Source: Amoebophrya sp. A120 (Eukaryota; Protista; Dinoflagellata). Taken from it: 17,474 bases of DNA. Positions 1 to 10,414 of the stretch are shown piece by piece. The notes beneath the pieces are model-generated. The model was given only the letters and a program-made list of their open reading frames with translations. It did no database searches and was not told where the DNA came from. How positions within the stretch are numbered: position 1 is the first letter of the stretch; each line of letters opens with the position of its first letter. Position numbers and translations under genes: made by a program. The DNA is taken from contig CAJINV010000050.1 in NCBI GenBank assembly GCA_905178155.1, positions 1 through 17,474 of the forward strand, written 5' to 3'.

Positions 1-310
1 GCAAATCACACAAAACCCCCCCTGCTGATTTTTCCAACGCTGCAAAAAGCCGGCAAAAAAGCTGCCCGGTTCGACTCCGGAAACACTCTTGGAAGCTCTT
101 CGGGGTTCGGCTAGGTTTTTGGCGCTTCCGCGCGAAGGTTTTGCGGGTTGCAAATCACACCAAAACCCCCTCTGGTGATTTTTCCAACGTTGCAAAAAGC
201 CGGCAAAAAAGCTGCCCGGTTCGACTCCGGCAAGCAACTCTCTCGGAGGTTCTTCGGGGTTCGGCTAGGTTTTTGAAGTCTGTCTGCGAAAAGCGAAAGC
301 CCTTGCGGTT
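1..310. repeat. ~149-150 bp GC-rich tandem repeat, 2 copies visible, truncated by window start; each has a tRNA-type B-box
   Basis: GCAAATCACAC(C)AAAACCCCC...TGCAAAAAGCCGGCAAAAAAGCTGCCCGGTTCGACTCCGG...CTTCGGGGTTCGGCTAGGTTTTTG starts at 1 and 150; GGTTCGACTCC at 68-78 and 218-228. Confidence 0.9.
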
Positions 311-535
311 ATTCGTGCCCGCGAAGCCTGCAAGGTGCGCAGGGTGCCCTCGATAATTGTGGCGCCCGCGATTAGTGGGGCGGCGCCCCTGTATCTATAC
401 TCGATCGCCGGGTCCGTTTCTTCTAGTTACTTACTTAAATAGAAAAAAGGTAAAGGAGGCACCCTCGGTCGCCGTTTTCAATAAATCAATGCTGGCTTTT
501 GGAAGTAGGAGCCGGCCCGCCGCTTTTCGTAAATG

Positions 536-796
536 GTACACACGCGAGCGGGTGGTCACGGTGGCGGCCGAGACTGCGCGTCCGTCCGTCCGTGCGGCCT
601 TGGCCGGTATGCAAAGGCAAACAAAGGGCCTCGCTCATGCCTCCGTGTCTGTTGTGCTGCGTAAAAAAAAAGATGGCCCGGCCTCGCCAAGTGCTACGTT
701 GGTAGCGTTTGTTCTTCCTCGTGGAGAGGCCCCTCCTATCCTGTTCACCTTCTTGAGAGCGAGAGAACCCCTTGCCATGCAACTGTGCGCGTATAC
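536..796. mobile_element. tentative fold-back insertion, 261 bp
   Basis: GTACACACGC...GCGCGTATAC ends (weak inverted repeat), exact ATG/ATG flanks (533-535, 797-799); removal joins ...PPLFVN to DEGKEENRRESPGSPSNNMQLFGIHI in frame. Confidence 0.4.
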
Positions 797-1161
797 ATGA
801 AGGGAAAGAAGAAAACCGTAGAGAATCACCTGGGAGCCCCAGTAACAATATGCAGCTTTTTGGAATACATATAGTGGTAGAACTCCTTTTATCACACACG
901 CGCCGCCAGCAGTGAAGTTCCTTTTTCTGAATCACAACAAAGAGAAAACCGAGACAAATGAGAGCAGGCGTTTTTATGGTTAGGGTAAAGTGTAGCCAGC
1001 GCTATGACAGAGACAGAGAAGCTTTTAGTTCTGTGCGAAGATAATCCGCTACATAGTATCGGGATCAAGTACTAATACATAATCGCTGCAATTCGCTATC
1101 CTAGTTGTCTACTACCGCAGGTTTCTTCTGATACTCAGCCGCTGCAAAGATGTATAATCTT

Positions 1162-1519
1162 CTACGTAATGCAAATTCGTCTGAGTCTGGGAGGCATGCA
1201 AACCTTCATAATTGTGGAGTTGAGAAGAACAAGAAGCAACAGAAAAAGTTTCTTTTTCTTTTTCTATTGCCTCTTGTCCTTGTTCATTCCCAGTTTACTG
1301 TTTTAGTGCTGCATAAATGCACCCTGTTGTAATGCTGCTTACGCATTGGATCGGTGTATGAGAGGAGTAGCGTGGACGCGCAAATAAAAGAAAAGTATTG
1401 GTATTCATCTTGAATGAAAGAACTTATCATGCCTCGGTGGGTAGTGAAGTCGAAATCCGTGGCGCATGTTGAGACTACCGTTGCAAGTTTCCAGACCCAG
1501 ACGCATTTGCATCTGATTG
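1162..1519. mobile_element. fold-back insertion, subfamily A, 358 bp
   Basis: left CTACGTAATGCAAATTCGTCTGAGTCTGG vs reverse complement of right end CAATCAGATGCAAATGCGTCTGGGTCTGG; flanks CTT/CTC. Confidence 0.75.
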
Positions 1520-1604
1520 CTCCAGCAAAATCGTACTGGAGGAGCACCAGCTGCTGGCCTCCAGTTTCGGCCTGTCCTACTCCCGACAACCGAAACGCCG
1601 AATC

Positions 1605-1827
1605 GTATGCAAGACAGATTCGCTGTCCACACACAAAAGATAGCACGAAACCTGACACCCGGAGCACTTGCGATGGCATGTTGAAAACGTGCTAACCAAT
1701 GGAGTAGAAAGAGATTAGAATAAATCCTCAGCATTGAGAAGAGAACCTGTTTTGTAACGAGCATGCAGATAATGACATGTAAGCGCAGCCATTGGTTGTA
1801 CGTGTGCAGCGAAGTTGTAGTGGATAG
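1605..1827 (+). mobile_element. fold-back insertion with GT...AG termini (candidate introner), 223 bp
   Basis: left GTATGCAAGACAGATTCGCTG vs rc right CTATCCACTACAACTTCGCTG (15/21); flanks ATC/ACC; removal keeps frame. Confidence 0.7.
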
Positions 1828-1861
1828 ACCAGCGAATCACCCGTTTGGAGCAGCGCATGGT

Positions 1862-2211
1862 GTATCGAAGAAAAAAGCTATGTTTTTGTTTAGTGTGAGT
1901 GTCCTGTCTTGTAGAGCCACAGCATGCAAAGCAGTTTACTCACATTTGTCATGTTGGATAGGCATGGAGCCCTCCCCTTTTCAAATAGCCACTCACGTCG
2001 TACTAGTATACGCATGACACACCTTCTCATTTTCAGATAGGCATGAAGCACCTTTTGGTATCGGCATAGATAAATAGATAAAAGCCTATCGTGCCAAACT
2101 ATGTTTAGCACGATAGGCGGTCTATTTATCGTAATACCGGGCTGTAGGCTTCTCAATCTCATGCGGTCGCGCCAACAAACTTAAACTAAAAGAGTTTTTT
2201 TCCTGCGATAT
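1862..2211. mobile_element. fold-back insertion, 350 bp
   Basis: left GTATCGAAGAAAAAAGCTATGTTTTTGTTTAG vs rc right ATATCGCAGGAAAAAAACTCTTTTAGTTTAAG; flanks GGT/GGC; removal with one TSD copy restores heptad RMATAEN. Confidence 0.8.
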
Positions 2212-2410
2212 GGCCACCGCCGAGAACCGGGTCACAAACGTGGAGGGCTCCGTGGTAGGACTCTCAAACCGCATGAATACGGTTGAGAACCGAGTCGACA
2301 AGGCGGAGGGTAAGATTGGCATCCTCGAGATTGCCGCCGAGGAGACCAAAATTGCGCTCGAGGCGGACGAGTATAAGGCTATCCGATGCAAATATGTCAC
2401 GGACTGAAAA

Positions 2411-2696
2411 GTATGAACTGCAAATGTGTCCGGGTCTGGAGGCGTGGAGCTTGTGATGCTGTCTTGTTTGGATACTCATTATATATAACACCTGTATTGC
2501 ATGACCAGCTAGAAGAGTCCAGTTTGTGCTAGTACGCGGAGGGTGCATTTTTCATGCGGACTCGGCATCAGAAAGTGAAAGGGTTCTGGAAATCTGTGAT
2601 GCTAAGTCATGCAATACAGGCGTTATGGGTCATGCAAAATTATATGCATGACAAGCCTGGCAATCTTCCAGACCCAGGCATAATTGCAGTTGATAG
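2411..2696 (+). mobile_element. fold-back insertion, subfamily A, GT...AG termini (candidate introner), 286 bp
   Basis: left GTATGAACTGCAAATGTGTCCGGGTCTGGA vs rc right CTATCAACTGCAATTATGCCTGGGTCTGGA (24/30); exact AAA/AAA TSD; four GCATGAC/GTCATGC motifs inside. Confidence 0.85.
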
Positions 2697-2920
2697 AAAG
2701 CAGAAATGTCACTTCGTTGTAGTGCTCCGGATGGCGTCGCCAGTGGCTGTCAATCACGCCTCAGCAAGAGGTTGCGGCAGCAGGAGCTTCTCGCTCTGCT
2801 CGTTGCCAGAAAGTTTGTGGAGCCCAGTTGGTACTAAGTAGCCAAGGTGGCGACTGCACGTGCCAAGGCTCGTCTTGTTCAAGCATGACATGGCTTCAAT
2901 AATGTACACACACACACAGA

Positions 2921-3127
2921 GAAGAAGAGCTAGTGCAAGCTCTGCTTTCCGTGGCAGTGACGTATTTATATTGGATAAAGAAGATAGCCGCGCAGCTGAC
3001 GTCCCTTCGCTCCCGCTACTTCGCTGGGCCGGTGTTCGCCGAGATGCAGGAGGCATTGGAGTATCCTGATGAAAATTATGGAAACTACCCTAGAAATTGG
3101 CCACGCATGTTTGACATGATCAACTAG
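2921..3127 (+). pseudogene. protein-like fragment, possibly the 3' part of the 1150 gene after stops/frameshift
   Basis: EEELVQALLSVAVTYLYWIKKIAAQLTSLRSRYFAGPVFAEMQEALEYPDENYGNYPRNWPRMFDMIN*; preceded by a short (CA)n run that could have slipped. Confidence 0.4.
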
Positions 3128-3464
3128 CAACGCAGAGACTGTGCTTTATAATTCTTGCGCTCGGTCTCGGATAAGGATTGCATTACAAAATCGGGTAGTT
3201 GGAGATTTTCTCTCCGCATATCGGAAACGCGTTTGACATGCCCTGGACGACGGAAAACATCAGGGACCTACTTATGCATTGCAAAAGGATCGCACCACTA
3301 GCAATACATTTAGAGCGCACAACAATGGGAAGTAGCCTCCCAAGTTGAACACGAGGTCGCATCGTAAAGCTGCCTAAGGTACTTTGGTGCCAGACTTGTC
3401 ATGCAGTCCTGCAAGTAGTGTGATTGTGATATTATGAGTGCGATACTTTTGTGAAGAATACTTC

Positions 3465-3788
3465 CTATGCGGTGCAAACATGTCTAGGTCCACTCTGAGA
3501 CCCTGACTCGCGGTTGAATCAACAGGCAGCATCGTGTAGGATTGAAACAAGGATCCAAGCGAGCACATACATGACAAAACTCCAGAGCTGAGATGCCTAT
3601 ATACGTGGCGCGCATGATAGTTAAGTACGCAGCTCCTGTGCCTCTTTACATGACAAAAGTACAGGCACTGGCGCTGGCTAGACACCCAATGCAACACTGA
3701 CAGAGCCCCAGTGGGCAACAAGAACAGGCACCAGTACAACTGTGACGCATCCTCCTCTTGCAGACTCTGACTAGTTTGCAACGCATAC
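3465..3788. mobile_element. fold-back insertion, subfamily A, CT...AC (GT...AG on minus strand), 324 bp
   Basis: left CTATGCGGTGCAAACATGTCTAGGTC vs rc right GTATGCGTTGCAAACTAGTCAGAGTC; TSD not clear (TTC/TGA). Confidence 0.7.
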
Positions 3789-3790
3789 TG

Positions 3791-4336
3791 ATGCCCCGGA
3801 AGTTCTCGCGGGAAACGGCCCCGGACTGCATCAACGACGGCTCTGAGTCTCTCCCGGAGCAGAAGCAGGCGCTGCACGTCTGGAAGGAATACGTACTCGA
3901 GTCGAAGTCTGCCTGCGACAAGATTCTGTTCGACCAGAGCATCGCCATGTCGGAAACAGAAATCAAGGCGCTGCAGATGTGTAGCGACCTGATCGGAGAC
4001 TTCTGCGACGGACTGCAGATCAAGACGGGGGACAGCAAGAATTTAACCATCAACCAGCACGAGACCTTATGGAGGGGAAGGGATTGTCTTTCATCTCTCA
4101 CACAGAAAATGAAAACTGCATCAGCAACATCCTAGTCCTACAAAGAAAGAAAATAAAAGCTACACTGTCATACGCTTACGCACCGGCACGGCATTGGCAT
4201 GCTGTTTTTTCCTTACACACTGGAGCTTTTTTTGGCCAAGTAGAACAACTGCGGAAAGCCATTCGCTTCCCCTCCATACATAAAAACCACTGCGGATTGC
4301 GGCCCAGCTTCCCCGCCGGACGCGCCCTCCGCGTAA
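3791..4336 (+). pseudogene. coding fragment of unknown function split by insertion 4067-4279
   Basis: GC3-rich frame MPRKFSRETAPDCINDG...KNLTINQHET (3791-4066) continues in frame after the insertion as IKTTADCGPASPPDAPSA* (4280-4336). Confidence 0.55.
4067..4279. mobile_element. fold-back insertion, 213 bp
   Basis: left TTATGGAGGGGAAGGGATTGTCTTTC vs rc right GTATGGAGGGGAAGCGAATGGCTTTC (22/26); TSD degenerate (ACC/ATA). Confidence 0.85.
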
Positions 4337-4733
4337 GAACTCATCTACACGCAGCTGGAGCTGAAACTGTACGTCTCTTTATCACTCATCTTCCTTGTTC
4401 GTCTTCTACAACTACGCTAGGCAATCACGGACAACAACGGCGCAAAGAGAAAACGGACACCCACGTGGTTTCGCCGGTATATTGAGGAATTTACGTTAGG
4501 TTTGAGTTTGTGTTTGTCATGCATGATATTATCTCCTTCTTACGGAGGCGAGAAAAATTTAATTTTTTTGAAAGAAAATAGCCACAGATGCTTTTTTTGT
4601 ACCTTCATCTCGCCGATGCAAGAAATAATAAAATAAACTTCGGAGGTGGACGACTGTAGGGTCGACAGGTCGGGCGGTTCGAGACGAGATCGACAGGTCG
4701 GGCACAGGAACGAACTTCGTGAAAAACGTGTGT

Positions 4734-4980
4734 TTATCGGCTGCAAACATGTCGGGAGCTGGAAACTTTTGTTGCTCATACCGGGACTGCATGACGGCCA
4801 CTCAGACTGCAGAAGAGCAGGAATATGACTAAAGGACTCATTCGTATTTAGCATTACAAACTGCGATCCAGCATGACAAAAGGATTTGCCGCTCCTGCCA
4901 TTCATGCGTCACAGATCTTGCAGTTGTCCTTGAAGGTATCACATCACAAATCCAGGCCCAGACATTTTTGCAAGGCATAG
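4734..4980. mobile_element. fold-back insertion, subfamily A, 247 bp, ends ...GCATAG
   Basis: left TTATCGGCTGCAAACATGTCGGGAGCTGGA vs rc right CTATGCCTTGCAAAAATGTCTGGGCCTGGA; flanks TGT/GGT; GCATGAC at 4789 and 4871. Confidence 0.7.
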
Positions 4981-6405
4981 GGTGCTTGTCCGCTAACAGG
5001 TGTTGCAAAGATCACCACGATGTATTTTACACACCTTTTTCAATCACAGTGTGCACGGCATGACAGTTTTGGCAGCTGGCTGCAGAAGAACAAGAACATA
5101 AAAGTGGTGCATCAATGTCGTGCGAGAAGTAGATCTGCAGGGACAGTAGATACACGCAGACTTTGTCCAACGAAGCAAACACAATTGGACATTTCCATTT
5201 GAAGAATTTATAAAACGTCGTCAAGCATCTACTCCACTATCACTAGTCACACAAAAATTTACAGGTTTTAGAACAGAATTTTTTGATTACAGTAAGTACA
5301 CTCTTTCGCGAGTACAGGCAAAGCTCGTTCTAATTGATATCCATTGAAAAGCATGTGAAGTAGCGTGCATTTATTTTTTTGTATCTCAGATTCGGTACCA
5401 AGTCTTTGCAATTACGCTGTGTGCGCCTGTCCAATTGCAAAGATGATTGCGACTGCAGCAGCAGCTGGAATGAGAATTAGAACACGAAATACAGATAAGT
5501 CGTCCCATGTTGGCGGTTAAATTGGTAGCGACTGAAATTCAAATTGTAACTCATTGTATAGTAGCAGCAAGTGGCGCAAGAAGCGTCAATGCTTTCCCCG
5601 TATCGACGTCTTGGTCCGTAGACGTACAGAAGGGGACGAGCGCAGCCCCGAAACTGGGTCGCAAGCAGCAATTACTATTCTGGCAATATTACTTCTGCTG
5701 CGCTTGCGTGAGTGTTCAAAAATGAAGCTGCGGAACTCCGATAAAAAAATTCGGGCGCGTGTTGACGTTTTCTGTGTCTACGATAAGTGTCGAAGTTGTA
5801 AGATTTCGTGCGTCGCGCAAGAGCGTCCTGCGAGTCATGCGCCCCATGATTGACTATTTTCTCGGTTTTTCAATTCAGCAAATTTGCTTCGCGTGCTCCG
5901 CCGCACGATACAAACATAAATGTAACTTTTGTGCTACGCTTTCGAGCCTCGATCGTCCATCTATTTTTGTTCTGTAGCGATTTACGTGGGATTTCGTGTC
6001 GTCTGTGCATTGTGTTGTCGTTCTCGACCAAGATCTTTATTTGGTCTCTCGTGAAGCGGCATTGATTTTCGCGCACTTGATGAAGTACTAGACGCAGCTG
6101 CTGATTAGCGATTGAATTTACAACGCATCAAGATTGAGCAACATCGCGTACTCGACATGCGAAAAACTGAAATATTCTTCTCCGTTCGCAGATCGTTGAG
6201 TACAGTTTAGGGTGTCCTTAGAGAAGACTTCGTTTTTTGTTTCACCACGACTGAAGCCGAAGAGGAAAACATGCCTTTGCGTCAATCCTCGTCCCGGTCC
6301 CGACCTATTCCTCCTTAACCACGACAGCGCACGTTGTGCGCGCCGTGAAAGCTCAGCCGAAGTATACAACGACCACTAGGTACTAGTGTTGGATTCGCCA
6401 CTAAC

Positions 6406-7882
6406 ATGACGAGAAGAGACAATAATGGGGCGAGAGGATCCGCAGACCCGCCTCCCTCCGGTCGCGAAGTGGACGATGATGAAGAGGCGACGAGACAGAG
6501 GGAAGAGCGGATGCAAGCGCGGCGGCAACGATGCGACCAGCTTCTCGCGGTTGCGGACGGCGCGGAGGAGAACCGGGAAAACAAAGGGCAAACGCAACAG
6601 CAGCAGGAAGGGACAGCTAGCTCTACTAGCGCCAGCGGGCAAAGCCTGGGCCGGCATCCTGGTCCTCCGTCCGACCACGACGAAGCTACTTCCACCAAAT
6701 CTGTGTCCACGACGCCCTTGGAGGCCACGCAGAGCGGTGTGAACACGGATCCGGAGGACAAAACCGGCAGCCGCCTAATATGCATTGCAAATGTGATGTC
6801 TGGGGGTGGATCATGGGCGCATCAAGTTTGTCATGCCACGACTTGAGTTGGATTTCATTGTGCTTGAGCTTGTGGTGCATGTACAACAGAAAAACAGCCG
6901 CGCAGAAGAGAACTTTTGATGATCAAGAAGAGGACAGTAAGTGACTTTCCATGCAAAGTGGGCACTCTTGGGAAGTTCTCCAAAGAACTTGTCATCCAAC
7001 GGCCTGCGTTACAGAATTTTAGTTTTGCTAACTTCCGGACCACAAGTGGCACAGTTGTGAGTCTAGTTCAAAGACCTTCAGCAGTCGTGCTCCTGCAGAC
7101 CCCCCGGACATGATTGCAAAGCATACCTGCGCTCGCTGTATAGCAACACACTGCGGAAACTCAACAAGGACGTAGAGGACTCCAGAAGCAAGATAACGGC
7201 TGTGCATTCCCAAGTCCAATTTAGTTGGGATGAGGTTCATCGTGTCGTCGGTGACGGGCAGTGGGAGGTAGATCTCGTGCAGATGAAAGCTACAATCAGG
7301 AAGCTGGGCTACATGAATCAGGACCTGTGGCGACAGATTGACACCATTGCAGCCGGTCGGGGCCACGCCGCTGCCAATCCATCTGCGACTACTCGCGCAC
7401 TCATAATGAAGTTCAACAATGTATCCTATGTAAAAACGTCCCCACCCACGAATCAGAATCAAGAAGTAGATAGGGACTTTCCCATCAAAGTCATCAAGTT
7501 TATTTAAGTATAGTGCATGACAAATTTGATCTGATAGCGTAGTGCTGTTTAGCCTGTTCAACCGCATCGAAAATCCACTGCCTTGCACTTATTCCAGCAT
7601 GACGAGGAGCTCCAACAAATTACTAGCATTAGAAAAAAATATGTCCCCTGTCCTTGTGGCTGCGCATGAGAAAGATTTATTTTCGGCTCGCAGATTCATA
7701 GCATGACATTGACAACTTCTGGGCGGGAACGTTTTTACACAGAATACCAAAATCCTAGTTACTCTAGCCTGAAGGACGCCGTGAGTGCGGTGCAAGACGA
7801 TGTGGACGACGTGAAGGTTACCGCAGCTGAGCTGGAGACGAACTATGGTCGACTTTTTGAAGACTTATTCACTGGAAAGTAA
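6406..7882 (+). CDS. split hypothetical protein (~270 aa; low-complexity acidic N-terminus, helical C-terminus); segments 6406-6777, 7127-7426, 7742-7882
   Basis: Stop-free after removing two insertions: MTRRDNNG...DKTGSRL|LRSLYSNTLRKLNKDVEDSRSKITAVHSQVQFSWDEV...KFNNVS|EYQNPSYSSLKDAVSAVQDDVDDVKVTAAELETNYGRLFEDLFTGK*; second junction uncertain by 1 nt per side; may continue via a GT at 7879. Confidence 0.6.
6778..7126. mobile_element. fold-back insertion, subfamily A, AT...AC termini, 349 bp
   Basis: left ATATGCATTGCAAATGTGATGTCTGGGGGT vs rc right GTATGCTTTGCAATCATGTCCGGGGGGT; flanks CTA/CTG (both Leu codons in frame). Confidence 0.85.
7426..7742. mobile_element. fold-back insertion, ~317 bp
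   Basis: left CTATGTAAAAACGTCCCCACCC vs rc right CTGTGTAAAAACGTTCCCGCCC (19/22); three GCATGAC inside; TSD ambiguous. Confidence 0.85.
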
Positions 7883-8044
7883 CCGTTCCCAGCGAATTTG
7901 TCATGCAAGACATGTAGGTAAATTCAGTGTTTGTCATGCATAATGCAGGAAATGCAGGAGGGAATGGCCAATTTTCAGGGAATAAGACCACTCGGCGGAG
8001 GATGGAGCGCCGATGTTCGTGATTCAGCAGGTCGGTCTCTTCCA

Positions 8045-8287
8045 GTATGGCGTTCTCAAATGTTACATTCACAACTGTTACATGATTTGTCATGCAAAAA
8101 CACTATCGCTCTTACTTCACACGATCAAGCCTTCTCCGCATGACAACTTCTCGTCGCGCTAGATAGCATTATAATCTGCTCCAAACCTGTAATGCAAAAG
8201 GCCCAATCTTTTCCCTTTCACTTTTGCCGTTTTTGCATGACAAATTTCATGTAACAGTTGAGAGTGTAACGTTTGAGAACGCCATAT
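8045..8287. mobile_element. fold-back insertion, subfamily B, 243 bp, ~56-bp TIRs
   Basis: GTATGGCGTTCTCAAATGTTACATTCACAACTGTTACATGATTTGTCATGCAAAAA (8045-8100) inverted at 8230-8287; exact CCA/CCA TSD. Confidence 0.95.
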
Positions 8288-8758
8288 CCACCAGAATCTC
8301 CAGCAGCAACTGCTCCTGCTTGAGCAGAGCATGGAAACAAACAAGAAAAAGTTACTACGCCTGCAGGGGAACAAGGGCCCAGTTGCAGAGGACGCACTAC
8401 ACGCGCCACAAGGATCATTTTCGGCTGCACACGACGTCGACGGAGGACAAACCAGTAGCAAAATTTCCCTTGCTGGGGCTAAAGTCACCAAAAATGCAGC
8501 ACACCGCCTGTCGGCCAGCAAAGGTTCGGCACTCACAACGGCGCCCAGCAGCCGAAACAGTAAGAGCAGTATTCTCGGCGAGGACGGCAGTACAGCAAAT
8601 TTCGACGACGAAGATTTTGAAATCGAGGATTCGAGCTCCGATACCGCAACTGAGAACAGAGCAGGTGGAAGCAAACTCGCTATGCTGAACAGGGGGCACA
8701 TGCAGCTACAGTCCCATGCGGACGACGAAGATGTTCCGAATTCGAGCTGTGGCGAATC

Positions 8759-8966
8759 GTATGCGTTGCAAATAAAGTATCGTGGTGCTCCGTGCCAGTG
8801 GAAGCTGCATTGCAATTATTACTTTGTTTGTAGAACAGAAATGCTGTTTGTCATGCGAGTTTAGGTGGAAAGAAGCAAATCTGTTAGACATCACGTCCGG
8901 TAGCGGTACTGAATTGCTCGTGCCCTTCTCGGCCTCGGGGTGCGATACTTCTTCTGCAAGGCATAA
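8759..8966. mobile_element. fold-back insertion (A-related), 208 bp
   Basis: left GTATGCGTTGCAAATAAAGTATCG vs rc right TTATGCCTTGCAGAAGAAGTATCG (19/24); exact ATC/ATC TSD; TTTGTCATGC at 8847. Confidence 0.85.
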
Positions 8967-9186
8967 ATCGATTTTGTCTACAATTTCCTGCGGATGCTGC
9001 CGCCGGAAACGGTACAACGCCTCCAGGAGCTTCGGCTCGACCTGTTTGGCTGGAGTACAGTCACCCTGGTTCATCCTGTTGTACCCGTTCCTTCTCTATT
9101 ATGGTCGCGCTCCGTGGGAAATCGCCTTCGGCACAGTGGAAGTTTTTTGTGGTTCTTATGCATGATGAGTTCAATGTCAATCGTTG

Positions 9187-9468
9187 CTATGTAGTGCAAA
9201 CGGACTTTTTATTCAAGTTCAAGTATCAAAGGAGCTTCTGCTGTACCTCTTGCATGCCTGAAAGAAAAATCTGTGTTGCATAGCCAGCAAAGACGGCGGT
9301 TTTGTGCTATTCATACTTGAGGGGCAATTTGTCGTGATAAGCGTGCTAAACATCGGGCTGCGTCAAATGAACTTGTCATGCTGGGGTGCGCTTGAAAGCA
9401 CTAGAAGTACCCACTCTGTAGCATCACAAATTTCATCCCAACCCAGACGACATATATACAAGGCATAG
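9187..9468. mobile_element. tentative degraded subfamily A insertion
   Basis: right end CCCAACCCAGAC...CAAGGCATAG resembles the 4980 end; left CTATGTAGTGCAAA is only a weak partner; no TSD. Confidence 0.35.
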
Positions 9469-9816
9469 TGTCAGTGGTCAGGCAATGCCTGCAACCATTT
9501 CCTGCTCCAATTTGTTGTCGATTTTCCACGCGGCGCTTCCATATTCACGGAATTTACCTCTACTGCAGCGGCTTCGGCGATCTGAATCAGAGCAGGAAAG
9601 GCGCAAAAAGGCAGGTACAGGGAATGTTGATTCATCGGCGTCATTGATTACCAGCACCCTTCGTGTTTTTTCTGCTCGTCCTCGTAGTACTGGTACTAGA
9701 AGAATCTCCTGCACGAAGGTGGGACAGTCGTTGTCTTTTGTTCCCAGAAATGTGTTCAAAAATCTGACTTCCGACAGGTCCGAGCCCCTCGCTCTCCTCT
9801 TTCTCGGGTGGCGAGG

Positions 9817-10065
9817 ACGTTACCCGGACGGCTTTCCGCTCAGGTTTGTTATGATTCGGATCTGGATGTTTTTCGTCGTTACGTCGAAGGAGGTGGAGTT
9901 CTAGCGCCATTGAACCGGGAAGGTGAATCACGGAAGGAAGAACTCCCGGGTGCGGCAGAGCCTACTGCTGGCGCTGTCACAGCAATGCAGGAAGAGGGGG
10001 CTGTGGTCGATGAGGCGCGAGGTCTGCAGGCGTTGGACAACAAAGTAGTGAATTTTGATTGCTGA
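9817..10065 (+). pseudogene. probable exon fragment upstream of the 10220 frame
   Basis: LPGRLSAQVCYDSDLDVFRRYVEGGGVLAPLNREGESRKEELPGAAEP...; pyrimidine-rich acceptor TTTTCTTTTGCAG ends at 10194. Confidence 0.4.
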
Positions 10066-10414
10066 GAGGCCTGTTTCGTACAATTGGTCATTTCGCAATA
10101 AAAGTGATCTATCAGGTGCTGCATAAGCTTCCATACGACGTGTTGATGAAGTTCGTGTTCTTCGTGAACGATCTCGTTTGATTTTCTTTTGCAGCTCCAG
10201 GTCCAGGGAAATAATCTAGTACCTGATCCTGCAGCATCTTCAAGAGAATGAAAATACAATACTTCTCGTCCAGGTAGCAAACCTCACACTGTGGCTGGAT
10301 GAGTTTGCGGGGACCTATGAAGCCAAATGGACAGCGGCGCTCGACGAGTACAAAACGGCGTGGAAGGAAGTGCTGGATAAGTACATGAGCGGAAGCCTGG
10401 AACCAGCGCTCGAT

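Larger units (their letters stand above)
1150..2407 (+). pseudogene. split coiled-coil protein gene or pseudogene; segments 1150-1161, 1520-1604, 1828-1861, 2212-2407 (~108 aa); frame continues past TGA 2405 into 2697-2841
   Basis: Removing three insertions gives stop-free MYNL|LQQNRTGGAPAAGLQFRPVLLPTTETPNH|QRITRLEQRMV|ATAENRVTNVEGSVVGLSNRMNTVENRVDKAEGKIGILEIAAEETKIALEADEYKAIRCKYVTD*; regular heptads with R-h-x-x-h-E motifs. Confidence 0.7.
8013..9100 (+). pseudogene. coding fragments split by insertions 8045-8287 and 8759-8966, probably with a frameshift
   Basis: MFVIQQVGLFH|HQNLQQQLLLLEQSMETNKKKLLRL...DDEDV open frame; across 8759-8966 another frame reads SEFELWRI|IDFVYNFLRMLPPETVQRLQELRLDLFGW. 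Confidence 0.45.

Noticed and set aside
61-235. tRNA gene
   Set aside because: Only a T-arm is present; no acceptor stem, D-arm or anticodon arm.
377-427. Helitron 3' end (GC hairpin plus CTAG|T)
   Set aside because: The hairpin GGGGCGGCGCCCC ends ~33 nt before CTAG, further than the usual ~10-12 nt; no other support.
848-874. MQLFGIHI resembling the plant R/KLFGV repression motif
   Set aside because: Imperfect 5-residue match that depends on the tentative 536-796 junction.
3066-3090. CTGATGA...GAAA hammerhead-ribozyme-like core
   Set aside because: Spacer AAATTATG cannot form stem II, no stems I/III are evident, and it lies in a protein-like frame.
5403-5443. 11-bp inverted repeat TCTTTGCAATT/AATTGCAAAGA
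   Set aside because: Short, isolated, no TSD or family termini; may be chance.
7421-7742. U12-type intron (GTATCCT...CAG with AAT/AAT flanks)
   Set aside because: This splice shifts out of the protein-like downstream frame and hits TGA after 8 codons; no U12 branch site is evident.
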